Under the pieces are notes generated by a model, which was not told the origin of the DNA, did no database searches, and saw nothing but the letters and a program-made list of their open reading frames with translations. A stretch of DNA of 62,160 nucleotides, counting the filler, from Globobulimina sp. (Eukaryota): NCBI GenBank assembly GCA_003354225.1. It is 16 parts of 16 records of this genome, joined end to end, with 100 filler letters (N's around TTAATTAATTAA, not from the genome) between each part and the next. Parts side by side here need not be neighbours in the genome. Positions count along the whole stretch, not along the records: positions 23,366 to 27,157 come from PIVH01002085.1; positions 27,258 to 31,049 come from PIVH01002086.1; positions 31,150 to 34,940 come from PIVH01002087.1; positions 35,041 to 38,831 come from PIVH01002088.1; 12 more parts are not named here. The stretch is one strand, 5' to 3'. Shown here in pieces: positions 24,821-37,358 of the stretch. Within the stretch, counting starts at the first letter, position 1, and every line of letters starts with the position of its first letter. A program made the translations under genes and the position numbers.

Positions 24821-26080
24821 TCAATTTTCATCGTCATCCTCCATATTAGATTCGGATGACGGTTGTGGCGGTTTTTTATTATGGTTTTTGTTATGATTTT
24901 TGTTGTTATTTGTGACTTGTTCTATGTTATCGAGGCACGAGCTCAGATTTTTATTGGTTTTTTTACTTAATCTAAATTCATGATTTTTTTTCTCAATTCT
25001 GGCCTTTTTTTTTTTCGCCGCTTTCTCTTCCTGTTCGATCCAATATAGTTTTTTGAGCTCTTCAAAGGTTGTGAGTGCTTTATCCGGTTCATAGGTCTTA
25101 TATTTTTCATCCAACGGCTGCTGTCCTCTCTTTTTTAATATGACCTTCTGCCTGGTTTGCATTTTCTCATTTTTTAGCATTCGGAGAGGTTCTTCCCACT
25201 TTATGACGTTTTTTCCCTTCCTCTTTATCGGTTTTAATGTTTGTAATTCGATCATATTTTTGATTAGGCCCGTTGTTTGATCCCTCGCTCTCTGCCATCG
25301 TAATTCCTGGTCTGGATCTTTGCCAATAATGTATTTCTTACAATATTCTGTCACCCAAATTGCGTTCTCTCGACCCGCTAATTCTTGGGTTATTAGGTCA
25401 GTCGGGATGTTTTTAACTGTATATTTATAGAAAAATTGCATATTACTCGCTTTTTTTATACACACTCGGGAGTTTTTCTTGCTGTGTCCAATAGCATCCG
25501 GAAGATGTGGGTTTGCCACAAACTGTTGTCTAATCAAATGGTACATTGCGTATGCTTCTGCCGGTTCTTCCATACTCGCCCTGAATTGCCATAGTGCATG
25601 GGCACTGTAGCCTTTTTGTCTTTCTCTTCCTCCGGTTTTTTTTTGAAGGTGGCTCACTAATTTATAGATTGATGCCATCTCCGCTCCATTTTCAGTCATA
25701 ATTTCCTCCAACATTTCGACAAACGGAACTAATGCATAGTGATTCGGATTTTCTGATTTTAGAAAGACAGTTACTTGATATTCTTGGTTTGTTAGGTCCA
25801 CCGAGATAAATGGATATACTTTTTCACCAAATAATGATTTTATTCTTCTATTATCGATTGGTTCATATATTACGTTGTCTTTGTCCAATGTATATGGGTC
25901 ATACGGCGGTTGGGGCCCTGTTGAGTACGGATCATAGTCTGCTTCTTCCTCTTTTTTTTCGTCGTCGTCGTGCTCTGTTTTGTCCGACCTAATTTTTTTG
26001 GTATTATCTTGGTTTTTATCCATATCAACATCGTCATCGATTTCGGTATCAGTCTCATTGGCATTGTGGTCTGTTTCCAT
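24821..26080 (-). CDS. Putative LINE ORF1 protein
   Basis: 419-aa intronless ORF directly upstream of the APE ORF; acidic N-terminus, basic C-terminus, no CCHC knuckle. Confidence 0.65.
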   Translation of the reverse strand: METDHNANETDTEIDDDVDMDKNQDNTKKIRSDKTEHDDDEKKEEEADYDPYSTGPQPPYDPYTLDKDNVIYEPIDNRRIKSLFGEKVYPFISVDLTNQEYQVTVFLKSENPNHYALVPFVEMLEEIMTENGAEMASIYKLVSHLQKKTGGRERQKGYSAHALWQFRASMEEPAEAYAMYHLIRQQFVANPHLPDAIGHSKKNSRVCIKKASNMQFFYKYTVKNIPTDLITQELAGRENAIWVTEYCKKYIIGKDPDQELRWQRARDQTTGLIKNMIELQTLKPIKRKGKNVIKWEEPLRMLKNEKMQTRQKVILKKRGQQPLDEKYKTYEPDKALTTFEELKKLYWIEQEEKAAKKKKARIEKKNHEFRLSKKTNKNLSSCLDNIEQVTNNNKNHNKNHNKKPPQPSSESNMEDDDEN

Positions 26081-26531
26081 TCTTGTATTGTTATTGTTAT
26101 TGGTTGTTGATGGATGGATTAATTATTTCAATTGGATAGCTCTCGGGAATTGGTTTATTTATCTGTTATTGGTGTTTTCGGTTTCGATGTTCGACTGCTG
26201 CTGTTATTTCGTGCTTATATTATATTACAAAGGAAAAAGAGTGTTGTCTGGTGTTTGTTGTTTGCTGTTTGTTTACTTTGTGGTTGTTGTTGTTGTGTGT
26301 ATTAATTTAATTTAAATTCCTTGCAATTTGTCACAAGTCACTTTCTAGTCCCTCCGTCCTGGTTTTTGAGGTTTTTGAGGTTTTTGCAAATGGATTATCC
26401 TTTCAATCTGATATTTACTTTTTTTCCTTTCAATCTGATTTTTATAATTTCATTTTGTAAAAAGGGATGAAAACTGTGGTATTTATTCAAATTCGACCAA
26501 AAATTTCAATGAAAACTGTTCATTCGCACAA

Positions 26532-26942
26532 ATGGATAAATTAAAGACAGACGAATCATTATCTAATTCTGTGCGAGATAAAATCATCCAAACTGGCGGT
26601 TATGGATACACTGACGACGCAAATTCCATCCTTAACACTGAAACACGTTTGAGATATAATCGGTGTGTACTCCCGTTGTCAGTTTTATTCTCACTTCCAC
26701 CAAGTTGCCATTGTCAGTGTACTTAGAGGTGTTTTTTTTTTAATTTGTTTACGTTCAATTTGGAACGTCCCAACGGTGCGTGTAAATGGATTTTTAATCC
26801 ATGGCAATATTGATTGTCAGCCACCAGTCACCGTGGCAACGTGTACGGCATTATCCGCAATCTGTGCAGGGTTTATACAAGGCACACAACCGTCTGTCTG
26901 TTATGCTACACCTGCACCAACAATGGCAGTCTGCAACGAGTC
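26532..26942 (+). pseudogene. Vacuolar-sorting-receptor-like gene fragment
   Basis: PTVRVNG...GNID...LSAICAGFIQGTQPSVC resembles the VSR motif PTLVVN..YRG..LKAICAGF..T.P.C. No 5' part, and it is cut at a T-run. Confidence 0.55.
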
Positions 26943-27431
26943 TTTTTTTTTAAAGGAGAGGGAAAACAAGGCTTTGTAACTTGTGTTAATTAAAGTCGGG
27001 GGGGTTTAACGGCCAACACTCTCCCCCCAACATACCACAAACATAACAATAAATAGAAAAATAATAAAAAACCAAATAATAGAATAAAATAAAAAACAAA
27101 ACAATACATATAATCATAAGATATGGTCTGGAAAAATAAATAAACTGCACAAAAGAANNNNNNNNNNNNNNNNNNNNNNNNNNNNNNNNNNNNNNNNNNN
27201 NTTAATTAATTAANNNNNNNNNNNNNNNNNNNNNNNNNNNNNNNNNNNNNNNNNNNNACAAACCACCACCAAACCCCCGAACATATAATAAAATTCGAGT
27301 AGTTCTATCCTAGCTCGAACAAGAAAACTAAGAAAAATTTAATATAAATTGCATTGCGTGAGTGAGTGTGTGTGTATTGTAAGAATGAAATGAGAGCGTT
27401 TGTAAACCAGCAAAAAAACAGCGAAAATTAA

Positions 27432-30400
27432 TTACAACATTTTGACGCATCGATAAGATTCAAAGTTTCTTTTGGGATAATTGGGTTTGACGCCCTTCTT
27501 ATAAAAAGCCAGCCTTTTATACAACTCAATTGCGGCATAATTCTCCTTCAAAACATGCAGCCGAAACTGCGAGATATTCTCTTCGCGGCCGGCCTCATTC
27601 ACCATGATATCAATGAGCCGCGACGCGATGCCTTTTCTCTGATGTTTGTCGTCCACCAAAATCCAAAACAACTCGCCGTACCGCTTGCTGATATTCTCAT
27701 TCTTGATATGTTTGTACATTGCAAAGGCGACCGGCAGCGATTCCACCTTCCTCTCGCACTCACCGTCGGCGCCTACAATCTCATGACATTTCTCCTCTTC
27801 ATCCAACTCGCCAACAGCCAGCAACTCGCAGCACGCAATGGTCCGCCAGATATGATGCGTAGTACGCGCCGGATTCGTCAATTTGTGCAGCCAGCCTTTG
27901 CCATAACACTCCGCCTCGTCGCCCAACAGTTGCGCCGTCATTTTGATATCCAAATCATGCAAAATGTCCAAGTCCCGCCGCTCAAATCTGCGCATTATGT
28001 ACACGCCTTTGGCCGCACCCCGCGGCCTATAAACATACGGCGAAAACGCAACATTCGCCTCGCAAAAAGGCCGATTCTTTTTCTTCTCCACATTCTCTTT
28101 CTTCAGCTCCGCATTCACTTTTTTCTTTTTCCCTTTCTTTTTCTGCGCCTTTTCCTGCAAAACGTCATAATCCGCATCGCCGCCGTCGTCATCGCTGCAG
28201 CCGACGTCCTTCACTCTGTACTGTTTGAGCCGCCTATTCTTTTTCAGTCCGACGCGGAATGTATGTTTACATTTGTTACACGCCCAAATCCGCTCATTGT
28301 CGTCGTGCAACAGGTCGACAACGCACCATCGCTCGTTATCTCATAAATCACCGGCGAATACGTGTTGCATTTCGTCTTTATCTCACCGCCAATGTCCGCG
28401 CCGGGAACGTAAATAAAAAAATGGATCTCCAACCGGCGATGTTTAGATTTGGCATTGGGATTTGCCACAAACTGCGTCTCCTTAAAACAGCCCGGATCCC
28501 GCAGTTGTTTCCGAGTGTAATCGTTTGGATTCAAACAATAACTCGGTATGCAAACGCCGAGCGACAAAATCTCGTTCAAATCGGTCACAATGCCTTCCTT
28601 ATCGCTGTCCGTCGACACCATTGACACATCCTCGTCGTGGTCGTCGTGGTCGTCGCCGCCGTCAATGGCCTCAGTTTCAGGTTGCTTGCGTTTGATGGCC
28701 GCACTCAATGCATCCGGCGCTATGTGCGGGATTTTGTACGCTTCCAACTTGTCCATTTTCTGGTATTCCGCAGCCAGCTTTTCTTGCAATAATTGCTGGC
28801 AAACTAACGGCATTTTGATTTTATACATTTCGTGGTTTGCGCCGCGTTTCGCCATCGAATATGTCAAATTGTAGTCGTTGACGGTGGACGTAGCTTTTTT
28901 GTGGACGCTGGCATGACTTATTATGGCTGCCGCCCATCAAACTGCCGCTGCACAAACTCATTATATCCTCATTTGGCGACAGACGCAATGTGGTCACTTC
29001 GGGCTGCCGCAATTCCAAATCATCCACGTCGTACAATGCAAATAACGCCGCTTTCTTCAATTCCTGATCATGACTCAACTCGTTGAAACTTATATTATTA
29101 TTAATATTATGGTTGCCATCATGGTGGCAATTCAACTCCGCGAAGGTGATGGGAAATGGCGGCAAATTGCCATCAAAGTCCGCCATATCCTCTATGCCCA
29201 ATTTGTGGCACAATTTGCGCCGATTCTCATTGTACGCGTGGTAGCCGTCCATATCATCGAAAACATCCACAGAGTTCGCCGCTTCGTCCACGCTCTGCTC
29301 AGAAATGTCATCGTTGTTGGGCGTGGCGTGAAAATGCGTCAATTTGTCATGTGCATTTTCGCTGTAATTGGTACCATCGGAGATGATGAACGGCGAGTTT
29401 CTACACTGTGGGATCTCACTCACATTTGCTTTCACATCGCGTGTGTACTCATTGTCGTACATATACGGCGTGATGCAGGCGGGGGAGGTGTTGGGTGATA
29501 TATTTGAACGCATTGTGTTGAATGTATTGGGCGAGGTCAACATATGCGAGCTCACATTGACAGAATTAGTGCGCGTGGGCACCATCATAGGTCCTTGCGG
29601 GTATAGCGGATACTGAGTGTGCGTAGTGATTGATGTGTTACTCAGCGCAGTGTCGCTGTCACCGCTGTTATTCAGCAGCATTTGCGAGCGATTGCGATGG
29701 CTGTCGGTGATGGACGGCATGGGCATGGACATCAAGGCAGGCACGATTTGCCCGGCAGACAATGGATGAGTCGATGCGGCGGCGCGTGCTTTGGGGTTGC
29801 TGTGGGAGGCCATGTGTGTACGTGTCGTGAATTTAAAATTGGGCAACGAGTGGGTCGAGATGTGGGTGTTGGTGCTCTCTGTGCCGTCGTCGACTGTGTA
29901 TCTCTGCTCTGTCAAGGCAGGGAAGGGACGCATGAACTGTTTGGAGTGGGGTTTGTAAGTGTTTCTGGTGTGGGATTTTAGCTGTTTTTTGCTTTTAGAG
30001 TGCTTGGGTGTGGGTGGTTTAGGCGGTGATATATTGGTATTGGTAAAGGGCGCGGACGGTGGGCGTACAGCAGCTTTGTTGCGTTGTCTATGAACACGCA
30101 CACAATGCGGCGCATGCATGTGTTTGCCGAGAGGAGCCATTGAGTGATCATGACGGGATTTGTGGCTGTGGCAGCTCTGATGGAGAGGATGAGACATAAA
30201 TGCTTGATTTGGAGTATTTGCGGCATTTTTATTGTTGTTGTTGGCTATTTTTCGTTTTTTAAAGGCTGGCTGCATCAGTAATTGCTTGTTGATGTAGTTA
30301 TGAGCGGACGCATGATTATGAGAATGGGATTGGCAATGCGTAGAATGATGGTGGTGGTTGTTATACGGTGCACATATGTGTTGGTTTAATTTTGTACATT

Positions 30401-31019
30401 GTGAGTGTTTGCGTTTTCGACCCTGATGATGTAGCTGTTGCTGTTGCTGATTATGACGATGTTGCTGTACATAGGCGTACTGATTGACAGATGCATGCGA
30501 TTTTGCGTGAGGGCGAGTGCGAGGCATCAATGCGTGACGAACTTGCGTGGACTGCGCGTGCTGTACATGGGGTGACATGTTATGTGGTGAGATGTTGTGT
30601 GGTGAGGAATTCGTGTCCAATGTATCTAATCCAATGGGTGAGGGTGCTTTGACGGCGCCATCGGTGATCACATTGCCAAATGGATGGTCATTCCCCATTG
30701 TAGGGGTAGTAGATGGTGGCGGCGGTTGGGATTGGATGAAATTGGTCGGTGAGGATGCTTTGAAATGGATATTGGTCGGTGATGATGGCGCAAGTGTGCT
30801 ATCTGCGCGTTGTGGTTGCGGCGGTAATGGCGGATTGGACACTTGTTGGCGATGTGTATAGTAATTATTAGATTGTCTCTGTACTCGGTGTCCTGTTTGT
30901 TTATACGTGTATATTTTATGTGTATTTGTGCTGGAAACAAAGTGTATAAATTGTATACCGGATCCGCGTTGTTGCTGTGGGGTGAAATTAGAATAGGTTT
31001 GGTTTCTAGACCTATGCAT
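27432..31019 (-). CDS. Large disordered protein with C-terminal GNAT acetyltransferase, split over three ORFs
   Basis: Motif A VDDKHQRKGIASRL and motif B LHVLKENYAAIELYKRLAF. ORFs 31019-28821, 28867-28244 and 28310-27432 overlap with a +1 and then a -1 frame change. Confidence 0.7.
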
Positions 31020-31149
31020 ATGACGTGGATGCGGTGTATGGTGACGAGGNNNNNNNNNNNNNNNNNNNNNNNNNNNNNNNNNNNNNNNNNNNNTTAATTA
31101 ATTAANNNNNNNNNNNNNNNNNNNNNNNNNNNNNNNNNNNNNNNNNNNN

Positions 31150-31841
31150 AAATTGCTTTGTATCCACTGATTTGGTGCATCAATATGTAGTATTTTGCCT
31201 CGAATCTGTCCAAATATGCATCTTAAATATGCCATAGCTACATCATCACCATTAACAGTATTAAACCCAGGTAGTTTATGACCGATTTTATGTGATGTTT
31301 TCCCTGTTAATAATCCCGGACATACTATATTTACGCAAATATTTGGTGTCTCCATTACTGTGGTTTGAACAAATCTATTTAATGCAGAATTTTGTGTTGC
31401 TGCACACCACCAATCTTTTAGATTTAGTATCGATGTATGTCCTGAGGTCAAAGTAATTGTTGGTATTGTTTTTGTTTTGTAATTATTGCGATTATTAAAA
31501 TATTTATTTGCTTCAATCACTAACTCCATTTGACCAAATACCTTGGCATTAAATGCCTTTTTAATATCATTTCTATTGCTAATTAAGATATCTTTGCATA
31601 ATGATTTCCCAGCACAACATATAATGTCTGTGATATCCTCCAATTTCTCATTTTTAAATAATGCTTTGATTGTGGATGAATCATCTAAATCCACATAGAT
31701 CTCATTATAATCAGATTGAACATTCCTGCCACCAATAATAATTTTTACAGCAATATTATATTTCTTACAATGATTTCTTAAATTTCTTATAATTACTGAA
31801 CCAACCACACCGTGACCGCCAATGACTAAAACTTTCCTCAT
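31150..31841 (-). CDS. Short-chain dehydrogenase/reductase, atypical bacterial-like subfamily
   Basis: VLVIGGHGVVG Rossmann motif; CCAG, AKVFGQMELV, ITLTSG, AATQNSALNRFV, PGFNTV...VAMAYLR. Lacks YxxxK; intronless. Confidence 0.85.
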
Positions 31842-31999
31842 TTTTAAGTTTAGGGTTTTTGCATAGTTCGAGTTTTTTATTTAGCTCAATTTTTCGGGGT
31901 TGAAAATCAATTAACCAATGAAAAGGTATTGAATATATTACAAAATATAATTAAAATGCATATGCTACTAAAAAAACCGTTGAAATTGAACAGTATCTC

Positions 32000-33600
32000 T
32001 TATAATTTATGAGTACTCAATTTATATTGTGAAATTTGTGAATTTTGTGATTCAATTTCTTTCTGTTGATTATCCACGGCCAATATTTTTGAGTCATGAT
32101 CTGCTTTTAAAACTAATTTAATTCTGAACCATAACCACGAAGCACTAAAAATAACCAACATCAAACAAATAACAAATGCGCTTTGTGGCCAACCAGATTT
32201 ATACAATGAAATGATTGATATTGCTCCAATATATTGACAAATTGCTTCAACAGATGCCAAAACTCCGAATGTTTTTCCCTTTTCGAGCTTATTCGTAGAT
32301 TGTAAAACCAAGACATAAATATACGGCAACAATAACTTCGACCATGAAAATAAAATACCGCCAAAAAAGGCCGATAAAAATTTTGGTTGCTCGAATGGAT
32401 CCCAATTCGACATCTCTTCATCTTCGCGTTGTATCATAGCAATCATCAAAATAACAGCGGTAAACAAAAGAATCAGAAAAAATAATAATTTCACAAAAAT
32501 ATCTTTACAGCACAAATTAGCACAGCATAATACCGTCGGATTCAACATCTTACCGAGCGATGAACCAATGTTCAAGAAAAAGAATAAGAAATTAAAATGG
32601 GAAATATGTATATTTGCATCGATCAAACCGGCCACACCTTGGAATATAAACAATATCAACAAATACAACAACGCGACGGAATATAACATATGGTTTTGTT
32701 TTATTGTATCAATAAACATTTTGAAACATTGCCGTTCCTCATTTACCTGACAAAATGCATGTGATTACAATTTTATTTTCATATTGAAAAAGAAAATTAA
32801 ATGAACGCGTTTTCAATGAAAGTAAAATCCAACACATTACATTTATGTTTCTGTTTTTTAATGGAAGTGATTCCTTCATACAACAGGACATAATGCCCAA
32901 TGCCAACATAAATAATCCAAAAATCACAGCTAACCCCACCCTTTGTTCTACACTCTCTACCGATAAATAAAAGGATATGATCAGGACACAAAGCCCGGCA
33001 AACCCTTCTGTGCTATGAATGAGTGCAAAGGAATAAGCTAAATATTTTTTAGGCACAACATCAACAATATACGTCGCCATTAATCCCGTTAAAATTGATG
33101 TTGATCCCACAAAACCGATTATTGGTAGAAAGCACAAATATAACCATATATTTGGATATATTGTTGCCATCAAATACGGAACAGCAGCAACAATAACTGT
33201 CCATTGTAAATATTTCTTACGTCCGTTTATGTCACTTAAATTCCCCAAATACACACAAAATACAAACGAGATAAACTGCAATCCCTAAGAAAATGTGATG
33301 ATATAAATCATAGTCCTCAGCAATAGGCGAAGCTAATACTGCTACAACATATAATACGCCAGTTTTATATCCAATGTAATAGATAAAATATACAAATCTA
33401 AATCGACACAATGTGCATAATTCTGGAATGCTGCAAATAGCACAACAACCCGGCGTTTCTTGTCCGCCATCAGCAATCTTTGTTGGATCGAAACTTTCTG
33501 ATATTAAACCCCCAGACATCACTGAAATATTCGATGCTGGAATGGTACCGCTTTCATCAATATTCTCAGCTACAAAGCCCGCAGTTTGATCCGTCGACAT
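32000..33600 (-). CDS. MFS transporter (TetA/MFSD14-like)
   Basis: Motif A GNLSDINGRKK, plus TYIVDV and EKGKTFG. In-frame introns 33357..33285 and 32840..32747. Start is either the ATG at 33600 or read-through from the upstream ectodomain gene. Confidence 0.8.
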
Positions 33601-34287
33601 TTTCGTCTGTTCGTTATGTTGCTTTGATAGTTGTTTATTTCTTTTTGTATAGTACCACCACACAAATACGACAGCAACAAGTACAATTACAATAATTAAG
33701 GAAATAACCACTACCGCTCCAGTAATAGATGCTGTGTTTGAATTGTTGGGTGCCGCAGTTGTCGTAGTACACCAATAATAGTCATAAATACAATAAGGAT
33801 CTGTTGTTGGAGATGGTGTTATTGTGCCACATTCGCCTTCAGAAATAGATATCGATGATATGGAGACCCAGTTCGATATGTATGAATCCCAATATTCCCA
33901 ATTATAACATGGATTATCAAGTATGTCAAAAAAGCCATTTTCGTCTGTTTAAAATAGCAATATGTGAAATTGTTAAAGTAATGATTCAAACAAATATAAA
34001 TTTGACCTGAATACGCTGGACCACAGGTCATCATTGCTGCTGGAACTGTATAATCAGAGCCTATTCTCCAATACACACCCGTTGTAAATGAATATGGATA
34101 CAAATATGTTGCTTGATGAACTATACCAAATAAGTCCATTCACTCCATTGGAGTTACCAGTAACGGATGTATCGTATGTACTGTCGAATTCTGCATTCAA
34201 ACTTCCTGTCAAACATAACGGACTAAAGTTGGCAGCTTGTGATAATTTAATTAATATATAATAAGCACCAAACCACATAAGTATCAT
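33601..34287 (-). CDS. Signal peptide + Cys/Trp ectodomain + Thr-rich stalk + TM helix, in frame with the downstream MFS
   Basis: +1 frameshift near 34110; intron 34006..33945; then an open frame DENGFFDILDNPCYNWEYW...SISEGEC...TM with no stop before the MFS. Confidence 0.6.
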
Positions 34288-34369
34288 GTTGTTTGTCAGT
34301 TATGAATTATTTCTGCAAAAACAACAAAAAAACAGTTGTGAAAATTTGAAGTTTTTTGAAGTGAGTAAA

Positions 34370-34940
34370 TCATTTATGTTTTGCCAAAGCCATCGGTCCC
34401 ATTTTAAATGCATGAGATAATTGATCAAAATTATCACATTTTTCCACTGCATCTGCATTTTTCTTTGCAAATTCCATTAACGTGATATAACCGTCTTTAA
34501 TGGCATAGAGATCAAATATATTTACAGTATCAACAAAATTATCAACAGAAATGTCACTAATCATTTTATTGATGCATTTATATTTTAATCGCTCCATTTG
34601 ATAGTAATGTGCTAATTTGATCATATTTATACCATTTGAATCATCTCTTAATTTATTAGTGCACATAAAATATACCATATCATCCACACACTTTACACTT
34701 TCTGCATAAATTCTTATTCTTTTTTCCTTTTTTTCAATCATATTATTTGTCAATACATTTTTAAAAACATCACTCGCCGATTTTAACATAATTCCACTAA
34801 CTTTTATCTCATTACTATCACCTTCTTTTTCTTCATTCACACACTTTGAATCATTATTATTTGTATTTGCAACTCGTCTCTTTTTCTGTGCTGGAGGTTG
34901 AATTTTCAAATCAGACGCGTCATTATTGCCTTCTGTATCT
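34370..34940 (-). CDS. BTB/POZ-domain protein, 5'-truncated
   Basis: IKVSGIMLKSASDVFKNVLTNNMIE...FMCT...LAHYYQMERLKYKC. Confidence 0.85.
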
Positions 34941-35040
34941 NNNNNNNNNNNNNNNNNNNNNNNNNNNNNNNNNNNNNNNNNNNNTTAATTAATTAANNNN
35001 NNNNNNNNNNNNNNNNNNNNNNNNNNNNNNNNNNNNNNNN

Positions 35041-37073
35041 AATATTGGTGGTATTTCCTGCAATAGTTTCGGAATCTCAATAAAATCACCACAATCAACA
35101 ATATTTTGCAAATATTTTTTTATCACTGTTTCTTGTTTATATGCAATAGTACCAATTATATCATTATGCGTATTTGGATTATATTCTTGCGCTTTGATTG
35201 GAATTATTTGCATTGTGGCTATATGCTTTGCAAACAATTTAATAATCTTATTATTCTGCTGAGATTTATATATTTTTTCTAAATCAAATATGAATTGTAA
35301 TGTATATAATGCTTTTTTTAAAATATCACTCCATTCAATCTTATGTTTTTTATGTGAGCAATACTCAAATATTGAACATATTGCCTCAATATAACAACTA
35401 ATAAAACATATAAATTTATCATTTTGTAATTGTGGATATTGACTGATTGCCTTTGTATGAAATTGAAAGAAGTCCAATGCTGTATTATAAGTAGCAATTT
35501 CTTCTTCATTGCTAAGGAATTCTGTAAAAAAAAATAAGTTTATCCAACTTTTCATCAGTTTGCCACCATTATCTTGAATAAATTGAGCATGATCTTGCTG
35601 TGTTTTTAAAATCAACATTAATAATTTCAACACTGTTCCCCGTGGATATTTTATACTTTGTGATTGTGGGGAATATTGACAAGATTCATTCCATTTTTTC
35701 ATACATTTTTTAAGCATTTTCGGTGTTGCATTTTTCATACATTTAAAATCAATAATTTTTCCAATAAAAATAAGAATACCGTTTGCAGCTAAATTTGATC
35801 TGTAAATATTATGTGATGTAACTATATCTGAAACAGCCCATAAAAACCAATGTTTATCCACAATTTTACGGTTAATCCAATTCTCATTTTCTTCATTTTC
35901 ATCGATAATATTTGCAAAATATGTCAATAACTTATATGTTATGGATACAACCTGCTCCATATATGGTGATACAATATTTGATCGGGTTGATACTAAGTAT
36001 TGTGATGTTAATGCATCAATTAATTGATCATTATAAAATGTCTGCGGAGGTTGTTGTGACTTTTCAATTAAACCAATCAAAATTTGTAATATTAATACCT
36101 TATCATCGTTTTTTCCCCACGAAAATGTTTCAGCTCCAGCCTCCAAAGCAATAAATATTTGACATAATAAGTTCCAGTTTTTGTGACTAATTAATTGAGA
36201 TATAATTTGTGTTGGAAATAATTTTATTAATTCATTTAAACAACTTAAATATTTATCTAATTTTGGTTTTCTTTCAGTATATTCTTTTAAATCAGCAGGA
36301 AATGAATCATTTTGATTGTCAATTAAACTTTGATCACATGCGATATTTAATACCTTTTGTAATTGTCGAATCATTAAAGATATAATTTTATTTATTTGCA
36401 TTTGTCGGACTGTATTATATTTACAATGCATTTTATTTATGGAAGCTTTTAAAAATAACATGGCGACATCACGAACAATTGGCATATTCATGTTCAATAA
36501 GCTGGTAATAATTGGTGTTGTTTCATCCATATTTATTATTATGTTAAGTTTCATTGATTGAATGGAAAAAGATATTTCTTTTACCATTGCATGTTTGGAA
36601 AAATAAATCTGTTGATATTTAGTGTTTGAATTAATATGAATTTGTTGCAATGTTTTTGGTTCATTACAATTGATATACATTCTTCTGCTAATTTGACTAA
36701 AATATGCATAATTTTTTTGATTTAAATACGATCCGATTTCACCAATCATATTTTTAGGTAAATATTCAAGTGTTAATTCTAAAAATAGTTCACTTTCATG
36801 ATCATTAGTTTCATTATTTTTATTTTTTTCATCTTTATTATTTTGACGAGATTCAATTATTTTATTCATGATATTATTCATTGTATTGATTTGCTGAATA
36901 TTTTGTGATTGTATGATTGAATTGTTATTATTATTAAATTGATTGAATATTGATGAAATAATCACAGTTCTTGGACATGATCTTGCTGTTTGTAATAAAA
37001 ATTGTTCAAATTCATGCTGTGTTAGCTGGTCATTCAAACAACGAAATGTTATTAAAGTTGGAAGAGTTGCCAT
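35041..37073 (-). CDS. Hypothetical helical protein with F-box-like motif, 3'-truncated
   Basis: Long ATG-initiated ORF; LEYLPKNMIGEIGSYL...ISRRMY is F-box-like. Confidence 0.65.
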
Positions 37074-37272
37074 GGAAAGTTTGCTGAGTGCTCAGATCAC
37101 AGAGCTATTATTAGAATTAGTATAATTTCCGAATTATGAATTCAGTTGGCAGCTGTCATAATTCCATGAAGAAAATAAATATATAAAAAAAGAAGATATG
37201 TGCACAGTAGATTTGATAAAAAAGGACATGTTGATTATTATTATTATGAATTAGAATGAGATTTAATCGGCA

Positions 37273-37358
37273 CTTAAGCTGGATGGTGATAGGGGATTTT
37301 TGCTGCTCCGTTTCCGGCCTCACACGGTACTCCCTCTTATTATCAACCCCGAATTAAG
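37273..37358 (-). ncRNA. SRP RNA S-domain (helix 8 / SRP54 site) hairpin
   Basis: Minus strand GGGAGTACCGTGTGAGG-CCG-GAAA-CGG-AGCAGCAAAAATCCC shows the SRP helix-8 GNRA loop, the (C/G)AGG/AGCA symmetric loop and the ACC asymmetric loop. Closed by GGTTGATA/TATCACC and CTTAA/TTAAG; T6 run downstream (plus-strand A run 37218-37223). Confidence 0.75.

Larger units (their letters stand above)
23366..26390 (-). mobile_element. Non-LTR retrotransposon (LINE) 5' half: 5'UTR, ORF1, spacer, ORF2 start
   Basis: Two co-oriented intronless ORFs, the second carrying an APE endonuclease. RT would lie beyond the contig edge. The 5' boundary is approximate (three GGTTTTTGA-like repeats at 26361-26387). Confidence 0.8.

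Noticed and set aside
27555-28346. 263-aa antisense ORF and other overlapping shadow ORFs
   Set aside because: Expected opposite GC-richer coding sequence; no motifs.
28340-28430. Possible TGA recoding (Sec/Cys/Trp) giving ...HWR*DKDEMQHVFAGDL*DNERWC upstream of the GNAT ORF
   Set aside because: TGA is an ordinary stop in other genes here (e.g. 6280, 11081, 46123), no SECIS was seen, and an intron or indel explains the junction more simply.
34100-34130. Ultra-short introns as an explanation for the frameshifts
   Set aside because: The only frame-restoring GT-AG pair here is 10 nt, while well-supported introns in the window are 54 nt or longer.
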